Positions 1-13,500 of a DNA stretch of 37,202 nucleotides are shown piece by piece. The number at the start of each line of letters is the position of its first letter. The stretch's first letter is position 1. Location of the stretch: positions 222,365 to 259,566 of the forward strand of contig NMRA01000164.1 in assembly GCA_002633005.1 (NCBI GenBank). Reading direction: 5' to 3'. The stretch comes from Phoronis australis (taxonomy: Eukaryota; Animalia; Phoronida). Position numbers and translations under genes: made by a program. Under the pieces are notes generated by a model. It was not told the origin of the DNA. It did no database searches and worked only from the letters and a program-made list of their open reading frames with translations.

Positions 1-1445
1 AAACATAACTTTGCTTTGCAGACTGTCACATAGCGCCACCTATTTTAGAATGTGGGAACAGACATGACTCGTCCGTCATGCTGGGCCATCTATTGTTCTT
101 TATTGTAGTTGATTGTCTGCTCTCTATTTGATTTCTTCGCTAGTCACATGAATGTTATCGTGTTATCGTCTTATTCATAATTGCCGCCGTGATCGTCTTG
201 ATTGTCGTCGTCTCCCTCATCGTCGTTTTTTCGATTAGTTCCGCCAAGTGTCGCTCGTCCGAGCGCTCTCGTTATACTTTCAGCTTTTTCTTGATGTTAT
301 GTTTTACAGTGATTGCCCTCAAGTGTTGGAATGTCAATACAAATACAGTACAACTCACATAGGTCAGATGTGCACAAGTCAAATTCACATAAATCAGATT
401 AAGTTCTATGTTACGGTTGTTCTAGTGGTCATTTAATGATACAACTGCTGGGAAACAAGTTGCAGCAATGAAATGTCCAAAGCACTGTTGTAGTTTTCTA
501 ACTTCATTGAACATTAGAGACCATGGGCCCACAATTCACAATAGTATATAAAAACTTCATACATGCGTACGCAGTCATTAAAGATTCAATATTTCGCTTC
601 TGATAATCATTGCCCTCTGTATATACTTTGAGACATTTTTTTAAAGTATTTACTGCCCTCAAGTTTAAAAGAGACCTGACCTCGTTGTTTCTGATGTGGC
701 AACGTGGTATGAACCTATTTCTTAAAACTGCCTGAACTGAACAACGTAACAGAAATGCACTTCTGTCTCAATGCCCTCTAGTACAAATTTTACAAATTCT
801 TTCAGTTCAGAGAAAACCATTTCTTCAGCCGTTTTCAATTTCTAATTTGTGAGTTAAAAATCTAATTTTGGCTATATAAAATATCCGCTGCTGCGTCAGC
901 TCTCCACATTGATACTTTCCGAAAGACAACTCAGATTTAATTCCCCTGTAACATTCACACTTATTTGTATTTCTACCACAAACAATCATCTTTCGGAATT
1001 TGTTAGAATTCTGACAAAAACAGCATTCATCACCATCTCCTTGGTTCAACCGTATATCACCGAAACCAGTTGTATACAACAAGTTGTTAATACTGGTGCA
1101 TCAGATTTCTAAATTATTATTTTGCTTTTTGCAACTTTTTTCTTTACAAATAATAAATGTCCAGTTTTGACAGCCCTTCATGTAAAAATGGATTGTTTAG
1201 AAGTACTCTGTGAAAGTGGGGAAGGGATCTGGCCATTAATGTTCATAGTTAGTGATTATCCAAAACTAGTCTCAAGACTTGGATTTAAATGTTTGCATGA
1301 CATCACCAGCATTGCCCAACAAATGTTAATACCAGTAGGGGAGTTGATTATATGGTGCCATTGGTGTTGCCTGCTATACAACTTTTATAAAACTACCCCC
1401 CAAACATGATTGGTCCAAGTTCTGAGGTTATTTGCGTAGACCCAC

Positions 1446-1577
1446 CTATATCTGTCACAAGCTGTTTAGTAGCATGTGCGGTGAGTTCCTTTATCTTGAG
1501 TACCTCTTCAGCATATACATGCATAGTGCCACGGGCGATGGATTGTAACCACAGGTCAGCTATATGGTCTGGAACTT
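1446..1577 (-). CDS. COG7: COG7 exon 20 (last exon in window)
   Basis: tcgcag|(E)[43 protein letters not shown]|gtgggt. Confidence 0.96.
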
Positions 1578-4500
1578 CTGCGAAATTGTCCAGAAAAAAA
1601 ATTATTATTATTACATGAACAAAAAGATAACTTAATAATTAAAGCTTTATGTTGCCGAGCAACACTTTTTAGCAAAATAATCAATAGAGCTTAAAATTGC
1701 TCATGAGTGCTAGTCAGAATGAGAAAATCACCAATGGACTAGAAAATATGTGACTGGCATCGGCAGAAAACGACAACCAGGGGGGGGGGTCACTGGGAAG
1801 AGCATTAACAATTTTGTGTACATGACGGGTGCGACTACACTGAGACATTGGCGTCTGTCGCAATTGTCGCAAAAACATGTTTAAATTTCAATCATGTTGT
1901 GAAGTTGACAGTGGAATAGATTTGGCAGTTAAGAATTCCTAATGATTTGATGCTCTCAAAAAGATTTTGAAAATGCTAACAAACAGGTGGTGGATCATTC
2001 CACAAATAAATAGGCTTATGTGATAAAAATATTTTTGTGATGTAAAATTTAACTGAAGAAATGTTTTTTGCATGAATAAAGTCAAAATAATGATAAAAAG
2101 AGATGAAAAAAGAGGAAACTGAAAATCAAATAAGAGGAAATTGAAACCAAAACGGGGAAATCCTATTAAAAGAAGAAAATTCCAAGCCTTGTATTTCCCG
2201 CTTCTTGTTGCACACTGCACAAAAACATTTGTCCAATATTTCACAGAATGACACTTTATTTTTGTTGATCACCATGACTACATAATCTCGAAACAGCACA
2301 GCCTACCTTGCTCACTTGTGTAGGGCAGCTTGCCATATTTCAAGGCAACAATGACAGCAGGATTGTCCTGGAGAATGAAGGGCTCCAGGTGTTGAGGTAG
2401 TGTCAACAGGTACTGGCCTGCCTGGAAGGAAATAGTCATTGATTACCTGTGTTTATTTGACACCACTCCTCATACGCCAAATCCCAAGCTATGATAAGCA
2501 GTCTCTGATAGAAGATCTGCACCTGTTCCAGCATTTGGCATGGAGGGTCATGGGTGCATATTAAGCAGATGGTCTTTGACGGCACTTAGCCTCGATATAC
2601 CATCGTGTTGCCTAAGGTAAAGATCCTGATCATCAATTTCCAATCAATATGTAAATCTTAAACCAGCACAGAAATATAGATAACAAATATTTTTTAAGTC
2701 TGGTCTGCACGCCACCTGTTGGCCACATCACACGACCAAGTAATGTGGTCAACAGGTGGTGTGTAGAACAGACTTAAAAAAATGTTTTGCAATTTCTTAT
2801 TAATGACATATGCACAACAGTTCTGACTGAGGACTAAAGGTGGTCATTAGTTTGGCATAGCAAGGTCTCATTGACTGAGGCACAGGTTTCTCATTTATTA
2901 ATAAAAGTGATAAGGAGATAATGACCTCCTAAAATGTTCTCAGCCGCTGCTCTGTAATAACCACAACAACGTTATTGAATAGTTATGGTCGTTCAGTCTC
3001 CTCCAAGTTAAAAAGCAGTTGTCTGCAAGTTCACATCCGTAGAGTAGATCTCCAGTTTTTGACACAGCACATTATGACAAAAAACATTAACATGGGCAGC
3101 GCAGCACTGAAGTAAGTGGGGGGGCTATAGTCCCTCAGCCCCCTATGGTGCGCTGCCCATGGTTGGCCTTACTTAGAAATGAGTGGTATCAATAACATGT
3201 GGAGGCGTAACAGTTTTATATTTATACTACAAAGTCTAAGTTATCATTGTCCACAAAAATTTATCAAACCTTTTGTGGAAGTGGACTAATTTAATAAGTG
3301 ATAGTGCTTAGTTTTGAAATTGGTACAAGTTGCATGGAACAGGAAGACAATAATACAGTGAACCACCATTTAGGAGCAACCATCATGAGCTAGGAGAGGA
3401 AACCAGAAATGTGGATGAAACAAACCTTTGTAATGTACTCCAGTGGGGACAGGCTAAATGTTGGAAGATCAGAAGTAATAGCTCCTGATGACATCTCACA
3501 TTGCCAAACCTACAATGAAGGTTTAGATATTAGTCTCTTTATTGTGGCCTAATAAGTTCTTACAGACCTAGGTCTGATTCCCCATTGCAACCAATCATAT
3601 AAAAGGGTGGGCCTCAAAACAGTGTATTAGAAATTTCCAATTTTCTTTTAGTTTCAAAAACAATATTTTGCAACAATCATGGAGGTGAAGAGGAAAGAAT
3701 AAAATATTGTACACATCTACCCACCCATCCTAGGAAATGAGGGTAAAGTAGGGGATGGGGCGACCAAAAGTATTCTAAGCATGACCTTACTTGATTTGAG
3801 ACCAAATACAAAATCTACTTTAATTTAACAGAACTTTCGTTACCGAGGCTTCAGTTCATTAAATAAGTTAAAGTACTCATTATCAATCCATGAAACTATA
3901 CACCTCTTCAAAATTTAGCCATTTACAGAAAATTTAATGTAAAGTTTACATGGAAATAGTACCTAGACACTTGCAGTCACATGACCATACTTTTTGTGTC
4001 TGTAACCTACTAGCTACACAACTGTGTTTATATTTTTCTTTCAAGGTCTATTTAGATAGTGAACATGACCACCAAAAAATGAAGACCTCCAAACTTTTTA
4101 CTGAATCTTAGAAAAGTTTTTGTTGAAATGTATAGTCAGGTGAAAAGGACACAAGTTCACTGCCGACTAACCACACAGAAACAGCCAAAATCTTCACACT
4201 GGCATAAGCTGATAAAATTTCCATGAAAATATCTTGAATTATATTTTTAGAAAAATCGCACAGACAAACACTCAAGTATTATTTCTGTGCACATAACATG
4301 TTTCCGTCATCCCTAAGAATTTCCCGAGATGACATTATCTAAAGCGATAACTGCAAGCTGACCATAGCAACGAACGTGTACAGTTACAGTACAAGACAAA
4401 AGTAATCAAACGTGTACAATTACAGTACAAGACAAAAGTAACCAAACGTGTACAGTTACAGTGCAAGAGAAAAGTAATCAAACGTGTACAATTACAGTAC

Positions 4501-7500
4501 AAGACAGAAGTAATCAAATGTGTACAATTACAGTACAAGACAAAAGTAATCAAACATGTACAATTACAGTACAAGACAAAAGTAACCAAACCTGTGCAGT
4601 TACAGTACAAGACAAAAGTAATCAAACAAAATAGCTTTCCGTCATGGCAACTAATTCTGTTTATAGCAAAAAAGACTGGTAATAATCAACAGGGCGTCAA
4701 AATTCTAATTACAAGATGGCTTAGCCCCATTACTAACTGTACTTGTAATCCCCCTTTCGTCTAGATTATGAGGGAAGATTACTCTCACGATGAATTTGAT
4801 TTCCAACCAGCCGTCATGACAAAGAATTAGGGGGTACTTGAACACTTTTGGCTTGCCCTATACATCAATTAGATACTTTCAGATCGCTATTAAAGAGACT
4901 GCGTTCACTAATCAAGTCATAGTACTTACTTCCATCAGAGCGACATTGCTCAGCTGCTCCTTCAGAGGTCTGAAGGCAATGTCAAATGCAAACGTATGTA
5001 CCTCTTCACTCAAGGTGTTCACTTGGCTGACAACATCAGGCAACACAGTAGGGACATCCCCTGAAGTAACAACACACCTGGGATTGAGTTACGACACATC
5101 CACAAACGTGGCTCAGTGGATAGTATGGTAGTATTTCTGCTGAAAGGTCATGTCCTAGAACAAAACACTAATAAGGCAATAGCCAAAGAATATCCCAGGC
5201 TCATAATAAGTATGCCGATAACAAATTGTGTCACATTTGTATTTCAATGGATTTGGTTTGATTTCGAAGATGTTAGAAGAAAAAAGAAAAAGTTTCAACA
5301 TCTCAAACAATGCGTTTTCCACAATTGTACAACATGTGGCTCAGAGCTCACATGAGAGAAGTTTCAAGTTTGTTGAACCACCTCAAACTTGTGTTAACAT
5401 ACTATGAATTTGCAGATTTTTGGGCCTATAAGGTTGCGGAGTCACTTTCATTGGGCCTATAAGCTTGCGGAGTCACTTTAAACACCACACCTCCTGCTGA
5501 CTGTACAGCACAAATGAGTACCAGGCTAAACAGGGGAGCGCATTACAAGTGATAACAAAAAGATGAAGACATGAAAATGCTCTGAGGAGAAACCTTGGCA
5601 AAACTGAAGGAAAAACTTATGAGCTGATGTCGCCCAAAACTAACAACACCAATGACCAAAGTCTCTACCCCAGTGACACCAACTTATAGTAAATAACCAT
5701 TAAAATTGCACTGACAGATCAGTCAACAAAGAGCAGCCATCAAAACAGAAAATCTTGAACAACTCAAGAACGCTAAGTCATTAAGAGAAACAGGGAATAC
5801 TGCAGATAGCCACAGATGAGATCTATCCACATATCAAATTTCAGAAACATCAGTCAAGGGATGCTGGAGATACGGCCCAGCAAAGCGCTGCCACAGCGCC
5901 ATCTTTTGCTGGTTTGCTCATAACCACTATCCCCACTATCATTTATTCCTTCACTCCCTTTGAACAATTTTATATGGCACTCTATCACAACCCTCTCAAC
6001 AGGTTCCTAATACATAACGATCACATTTTGCAACCACACTACCCAAGAAGTTTTACTCACCTTCTTCAAGTTTGCTAATCAGACTTTCCAGCGCCACTTG
6101 ATCAGTCTGGTTGCCTAGCAACAGACTGCTGTAATTATGGAATGGATTCTTCTTGGCCACTGATCTAGATACAAATGAGAAAAATAAAGCTGAAAATTGA
6201 GGCCCGTTCAATAGAGCGAGAACTCGCCTAAGGTGAGAGAGAGTGCTCGACCACAGTGAGAGTAAACAACAGTGTATATTTGCTTGAGAAAACAAAGAAA
6301 GGCTCCTATAATAAATACAAAGCATGCTTACACAATTAAATTAATTTATTTATGTACCGAGGTTATGGCAATTACCTCCAACAATTTGGTCATGAATACT
6401 TTGTGTGCTTTCAACGTATACGACTTAGAATCATTGTCGTTGCTCAACGTAATCGTCTTGAAACTCTGAGGTCATGTTGGACGCTATCTTAGCTTTCTAA
6501 GAGAATCACCAATTGAGAGATATCACAAGCACAAACGAAGCAAGCACTCAGGGCGCTTGTGAGCAACCGCTTTATTAAACACGTTTGTGGTTATATTGGC
6601 ATGTAATTTTCCATTGTGGACACAAAGCAATCTACAATTAACTAAATGTTTTGTGTAAAGTAAAATAGGGGCAAATACTTAGAAGCGATGGTTGAGCTGC
6701 AACACAGTGAACTTGGATTATCATGTTTGCCCACTTAAGGTTCCATTCTCTCAAGCCAACTATCATACAAGGGATGCGTTGGCTATAGTTAACATTTTAG
6801 GAGGGTCTAAGTAGGTTCTCTTGTAACACAGTTTGACTGGAACACCTTATGTTGTTATGTGCAGTTTCTAAGTCCAAAAAATGCATACGGAATTAAACAG
6901 TACACAACGTGATACATATTTTGTTTAAATGAAATGATACTTGAAAAATTGAAACCTACCAGCATACAAAACAAAGTATCCTATTTTTATCATTTCCAAA
7001 GGAATGAATTTTCATACAACACCACTGACCATGACTATGAGAGCACAGAACTACCCAGGCATTGCAACTTTCCTTGCAGCGCAATTACTTCCAAATACAT
7101 TCTTAACTGACCATTGACACAATTTCTCAAAAGCCGGCTAGCAACGTCGAGTCAACACTGACCTACTTTTTGTACTTTCCATGCCTGAGTATAGAGGGCA
7201 CTGTTAAAAGTAGTCCTGGGAGTGCAACAAAGAAAACGATACCACATGGTGGTATTGCATGCAACTAACCCAATGCGTATTTGATAAATGAAGTTCGAGG
7301 CGGTGAATTTTCCCGTTGAAGCACTGCATGAAATGCACCCAGCCCGTGGTGTTATTAAAAATAGCAACATTGTCATAACATTGGCACAAAACACAGGGTT
7401 CGTTACCAACACATGAACCTAAACAATGGTTTTCAACACCACCCATACAAAACCGCAGAAATACACAATTAAAAATTGTAAATACAACCATATCAACGCC

Positions 7501-10500
7501 AGGATTGCTAAAATGGTCTACATTACACATACACATACACCATTTGTTTACGCAACCCTAAAAGGGGAGAACCCCTCCGACAACATACCTTTTATCTAAA
7601 TCCTTTATAGACATAGGAGATGTAGGGAGAGAAAACTTGCCAACTGAGGTCAGAATGCTGGTGACAAGAGTTTGGTCGAGTTCTTCCACGTGCATGATCA
7701 ACTCCCCTGAATAAGACAGCAGTAAGTTTCCAGTAACGTCATGTATGGTTAAACCTCCACAGTAACCTTCACGTGCAGCTACAGTTAAACATAAAGTGCA
7801 TAGGCCTAAATGTATGCCTATACAACAGGGGTTAGTAGGGTTTCACATAACTGTTTTGCAGCCTATTGTAAAATTAATACTGTTATGTACCTGCCGTCCA
7901 TCAAAAACTAGCTCTTCATTTAAGCCACGTACAATTATGAAATTTGTCTCAACTTGTTTCTTACTCATATTTGAGATATGATTTCTGAAAAATAGTCATT
8001 TTGTTATTGTTTGAGACCTGAATCAACAAACTGGCTTGTTACGAGGATCATTTTATGTGCTGACCAGTGTCTCAAGGACTGAAGTACTGCCAATAATGTA
8101 TGTACAAGCCTAGAAACCACCTCTCATCCAAGTAAGCAACAAGTGTAGACCATGTATACGTAGCACCAAGTGTTCTACATCAAAGTTTGTTTCCTTGCCT
8201 TACAAAAAGACTGCCACAAAATGAAGTTCTGGACCAGGCCAAAACAAAAACCCAAGGCAACCACGCTTCAGCAAAAACTGTAGGAAGCTAAGTGGGTCAT
8301 TTATATTTACCGCATGTTTGGATGATGCGCAGCGAGTGCTGAAACTGCGACCAGTCATCGTCTTCCCTATGCTGCCCTCTGCTGGCCATACACTTCTCCC
8401 GGAGATTCACCAGAACACGCCGAAACTCGCTCACATAACTACTGAAGTAGACCTGGAACAACCCATGACTTAACTAGTAGCCACTAGCATTTGGTAAAGT
8501 ATCATTGTTTAAACCTATTGCTTTCTCAAAAACATTGGCATGCATATGTGCGCATTGTTATTTTAAGTGAATCTACAATAACTGTGTGAGTAATCAGTGA
8601 GATTGGTAACTCACGCGCGAGATATTGAGAGAAGTGAAACGGCAATGACATCAGGCAGAGTGGAACATTCTTCTCATCTCATTCCGCCACAAGGTCGTAC
8701 AAAGATTCCCTTCACTAGTACTAACATGCATTCCAAGAGCGGAGCCAAAAATTGTTCAGAAAACTGGAGCCAAGTTTAAAAAATTAAAGATTGAGCAGAT
8801 TTCATTTAAGAGAAGAAAAATGATCCAAAGAGAACTGCATGGTGATACCTGTCAGTTCTTTTGCTGAAAATGACCTTAAAATGCTCAGTAAGTATGTATA
8901 ATACTTAACTACAGCTGTTTCTGTGAATTAGCACAATAGAAGATGACGATGCAAAAACATGCTGCACACTTTAGAGTCATATTTATAATGTTGCTCAGTG
9001 ACAAGGCTGTAGTTCACTTACCTGTAATGCCTGCAACAGACCCACGTAACAACAGCCACTTGACAAGGATAGACAACGGTCATTTGACTGCAAGTGAACA
9101 ACAAATGATGATAGCACTTGATGAGATCTACCTACATACCAAATCTCACAGAGATCCATCAAGGGATGCCGAAGATACGACTCCGCAATGTGAAATATCG
9201 AAAAATGGCCACCACAGCGTCATCTTGCATGCGATTTCAACCAAAAACAATATGCCTTGAGATATTAGCGAGGTACATGTTGTGTGTCCATAAAGATCGG
9301 ATAAGAAATGCAGCCTGTAGCATGCAAAAAAACAAAAAAAAACAAAAACCATGGACAAGTAAGATACTTGGAGACATTTCATTTTACCAAGTTATAAATA
9401 ACAATACATGAAAGCATATATATTCTGTTGAAAATGACTTCAGCCTTAATCGATAGTCTTCTCCAATAGGTGGAAGTCAGATCTTGCATCAGGTTTCAGT
9501 TTACACTATAATAATTGTTCAAAGTTCACGATAATAAGAAAACTAAATCAAGTCAATAATACAAGAGTCAAATCTAAGCCACAATACAACTGTACAGTTA
9601 TGTGTTAAAATGAAATGTTTGGAAGTGTGAATAGATTGTAAATGTCACATTAATTATTGCCAAAACGCTTCAATATTTTATTATTGCTTAGGCATAAAAT
9701 CTGAATTGTCAACCCGGGAAAAGTCTTGTAACTACTTCATATAGGTGCATGCAGTCAATGGTGACTTCAACAAAAGAACACCCCTCGCCAGCATACGATT
9801 ATGAACTCTTGCAGCACCAACTGAACACTCTCGTAACAAACTACTTCCAACCAACAGAGGACATTCATGAGTTAAAGGTTCCATGCAACCTGAATGCATA
9901 CATTTAGATAGACCATCAGTTCACTAGCACCACCTAATGAATTCTGAGCTTAATGTTATGTATACTTACAGCATTTGCTGCACTGAACAGTCTGGTCACA
10001 GACTCTCCTAGAAGACGTACAGAGTCTATAACATCTGGATGATCAAGAGGTATGTTGTTCAGCTCAGACATCAGAAGATCTTCTTCAAACTTGGCAAATT
10101 CACTCATGTAGGCCTGATATGGCATGTATATGGCGGCTGCGAGTGCTTTGATGTTCGGAATGGACCAATCACCTGAAAACAACGATATCAAAGAATGTGA
10201 TTGGATTGATAATATGGGACAAATAACTCCAAACAAAGTAACTGCCTGTTATCCTTTTAAAATTGATACTCGAATGCTGGTGTGAAAAATACTTCAAAGT
10301 TTGTAAGTTTACCTCTTCGTAACAAAAGCAACGCTAAGCATTGAAATGTGCCCACGGCTGCACCACAAACAAATGGGTTCTGGGGGTGTTTACAAGTATC
10401 ACAAAAATGGTCATTAGATGGCACAGAATGCATCGGACCTGTCCAAAAATGGGAAGGCATCGTCATCATTTAAATAGAAAACTATATCCTAAATTTCATG

Positions 10501-13500
10501 CAAATCTGTCAAAGTACTCCAAAGATTACAGAGACGAACATGAATAAACAAATTGCCATTAGGAGGTGAAGTCGTAGTTCAATCAGTCCATCTGTTGTTA
10601 CAAGTGAATAAGACTACAGTTGCCAAACTTCCAAAAGATCTGGCATTGGGGTTTGGGAGATACAGCTGCAGATGCAAAAAATGTCACTAGAGAGCACCAC
10701 ACTAGTTGGATCCATCTGAAAATCCACATCAGTCATACTTGTCATTAGAAACACATCTGTCATTTTCGTAATGATCCTCTGAGTGGTTTTGCGTATACAG
10801 AAGTGAAAAGTAATAAAATAGGCGGTGCATCATACATTGAATCCGTCCCAAAACGGAAAGGTATGGTCTTCTTCATAACAGAAACTTGTTAGACATATTT
10901 CATGAAAAACTATCAAAGAAAACTTAAGATACGGAGGTAAATGTAAAAACTAAAATTGCCACTAAGGAGCACGACAGTAGACAGCGTCGTCTAGAAGTTG
11001 TGGGCAGCAGTTGACTTATTTATAGGGCAACACTTGCGAAATTTCACAAAGATCCTGGCCATGGACGCAAAACACAAAATTGCCAATAGGTTCACCACAG
11101 TTTTCACTCGTCCAAAAATCAATGTTAACCACGGTCTCCTTATCAGGCACACATTTGTTAAGTTTTTAAAATGAACCTTAGAGCGGTTTGACAGACTTGA
11201 AAAAAACAAAAATGGCCACTAGGTGGCACAAAAATATATCAAATCAATCAGAAAATGAACGACGTCACCGTCTTCTTTTTTGCTAAACTTCATAAAAATC
11301 CATAAAGGAACTCCGAAGAAATGAAGGTGAATGTAAATAAAATTTGCACTAGGGGGTACAGAGGTAGGCAGATTGATTTGAAACTCATTGTTGTCTGTTG
11401 TAAGCTCCATAGGAACACATCTGACAAATTTCATGAAGATCCTCCAAAGGGATTTAGGAGATACGGCAGCAGATGCCAGACGCCCAGACAGAGATGACGG
11501 CAATATGCACCCACATATAAATATGTGGGCACATAGAAATGGCACCAAAATGTTAGTTTTCCACTTAAAACTGTGTTCTTAACAAATAACACACTTAACA
11601 TGGACATGACAACACAACCTCTGTACTAACCAGATGTACTTGATTCTATGGCGCCCTCCATGTTATTAGCAAATCTCTCTGAGACCTGCTTGAGGTCGAT
11701 CAAGGTCATCAACGAGTCGGACCGCTCATCAATGGCAGCCGCGATGCAAGACTGTACAGAAGGGTCAAGGTCACACAGTGTCTCCGTCAACAAATCACAG
11801 ACCACAGCCAGAGGATCGCTGAATATCTGAGAGCACCATTTCACCTAGACAGAGAATGTAAAGACTGCAAATTGAGTAAACACTTGTCTTAGGGCTGTTC
11901 CAGTAAAATCCGTGTGGGAGGGGGGGGACGGCAGAAATAAAAATTCATGGGTGGTGGTCTTCAGAAAAAAACTCAAATTATGGGTGGTCGTTCCTGTAAG
12001 AAGTGATGCATTAAAAATGGGTCGTATTTTTTGACCTGTTAATGTCCATAGGTTGGTTACTTCAGCCGTAAAAACTCAAAAAAAAATGCAATTGTGCTAA
12101 CTTATCCAAATACAAAAAAGCCCATATTGCCAGTGAATAGAGTGCACTATGTTCACTAAGCCATTAATCAAGTCATGGGCAACTTGATTTGAGCCAACTG
12201 TTTGTCTGCAGTCCTATTGAATTGAAAAGTTATGCAACACTGAACTGGTGTTAACACATATAAGAAAATTGATGATTTTTAAATAAAAAGTATGAGGAGT
12301 AAGATAAACAAGTTCCAATATTCACTTGACATAGAAGTATAGAAGAGTTTGTGGAGACAGTTTGAGATTCATAGATCCTTATAAATGAAAAAATGTTCAT
12401 TGAAATTATAGACACATGGTGAACAGAGACACCTGGTGGCTGCCAAAAGTATTGCTCACAGGCTACTTTAGTTTTTGACAACATTGGACAAGACAACTAG
12501 TTCTTGTCTGTCAGTCATCTAAGTTCTTAACAGGTCCTCCTGGAGGCAATTTGTTTGCAAGTGTTGGATTTTATATTTTAACCTATTAAAAATAATTAAA
12601 AAATTATGGGTCATGGGTTGGAGAAATAAATGAAAAATACGGGCGGTGGGTACGAAATAAAAGTGCCTTCCCCCCCCTCCCATACAGATTTTGCTGGAAC
12701 AGCCCTTATTAAAGTTATGTAGGCTCTTGTCAGTATTTTTTTTTTGAGCCAATAACAGTATATATTTTTAAAGTACCTTCAGAATTTGATTTTTCTTTCC
12801 TATACCAATCTGTCATTAATTGGATCACATGACTCTTATCTTTTTACTAGGATTTAGCAAAATGAAAAATATTATATATGAAGTTAACTGACTACCTTTG
12901 ATAGCAAGGGCCAAATTTCTTTAAATATTTTCGAAATTAATTTTTAACCCATGTAACTTTATATTTATTAAATCCTTGGGAAGCAAAGAAACTGATTTTG
13001 TGTATGAAGATAGTGCCTAGACATTTGTAGTCACATGGACAGGGTTTTTTAACACATTTTTATAGAGATCATCATAACTTCCACAAACGTGAACAGTTTC
13101 GCTTGAAACATGCTAATTCTTTTCATTCAAACTATTAGCTACAGCAGCACGTCCATGGTTTTCTTTTAACCAAAGGCTTTGGTCCAAAAATGTGGGTTCA
13201 AAAATCAAGACTTAAACATTCCCTGGAAAATCGGGAAACCTTCATTTTGTAAGTTAACATCTCGACTTAACGAGCCTTTAAAGAAAGTACTTACACAAAA
13301 ACACTGTATTTTTCAACAAAAATATTTTTGTAAGACTGTAAATAAAATGTTTTAGTCAAGCACAACTTGTATAGGCAGTCGAGGCAGGGGAAACATAACT
13401 TAATCTAAGCCTAAGGCATTACCTGAGAATGCCAGGTAGACAGAAGCAGGTCGTACAACTGTGGCAACCACTCCATCAGAGAGTCGTTACTCTGTGTGTC

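Noticed and set aside
1-1445. Terminal COG7 exon
   Set aside because: No minus-strand frame resembling the expected DYLxNVxDxLG C-terminus; the exon is presumably outside the window.
2520-2648. Possible HDV-like ribozyme in a SINE-like tail
   Set aside because: Only 4 bp of P1 and a weak P3 could be built, with no P2 pairing; the repeat family could not be assigned.
3860-4000. Diverged similarity to 12900-13045 (cctagaca..tg.agtcacatg)
   Set aside because: Probably an old dispersed repeat, but ends, TIRs and family could not be defined.
4335-4625. Cys-rich repeat ORF, or CRISPR-like array of 36-bp repeats
   Set aside because: Head-to-tail minisatellite with no unique spacers, in a eukaryotic intron; no splice or homology support for coding.
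11219-11548. ORF similar to the ORF at 35679-35861 (FLCAHIFI...)
   Set aside because: The similarity comes from the shared non-coding 5' end of the HINE family.
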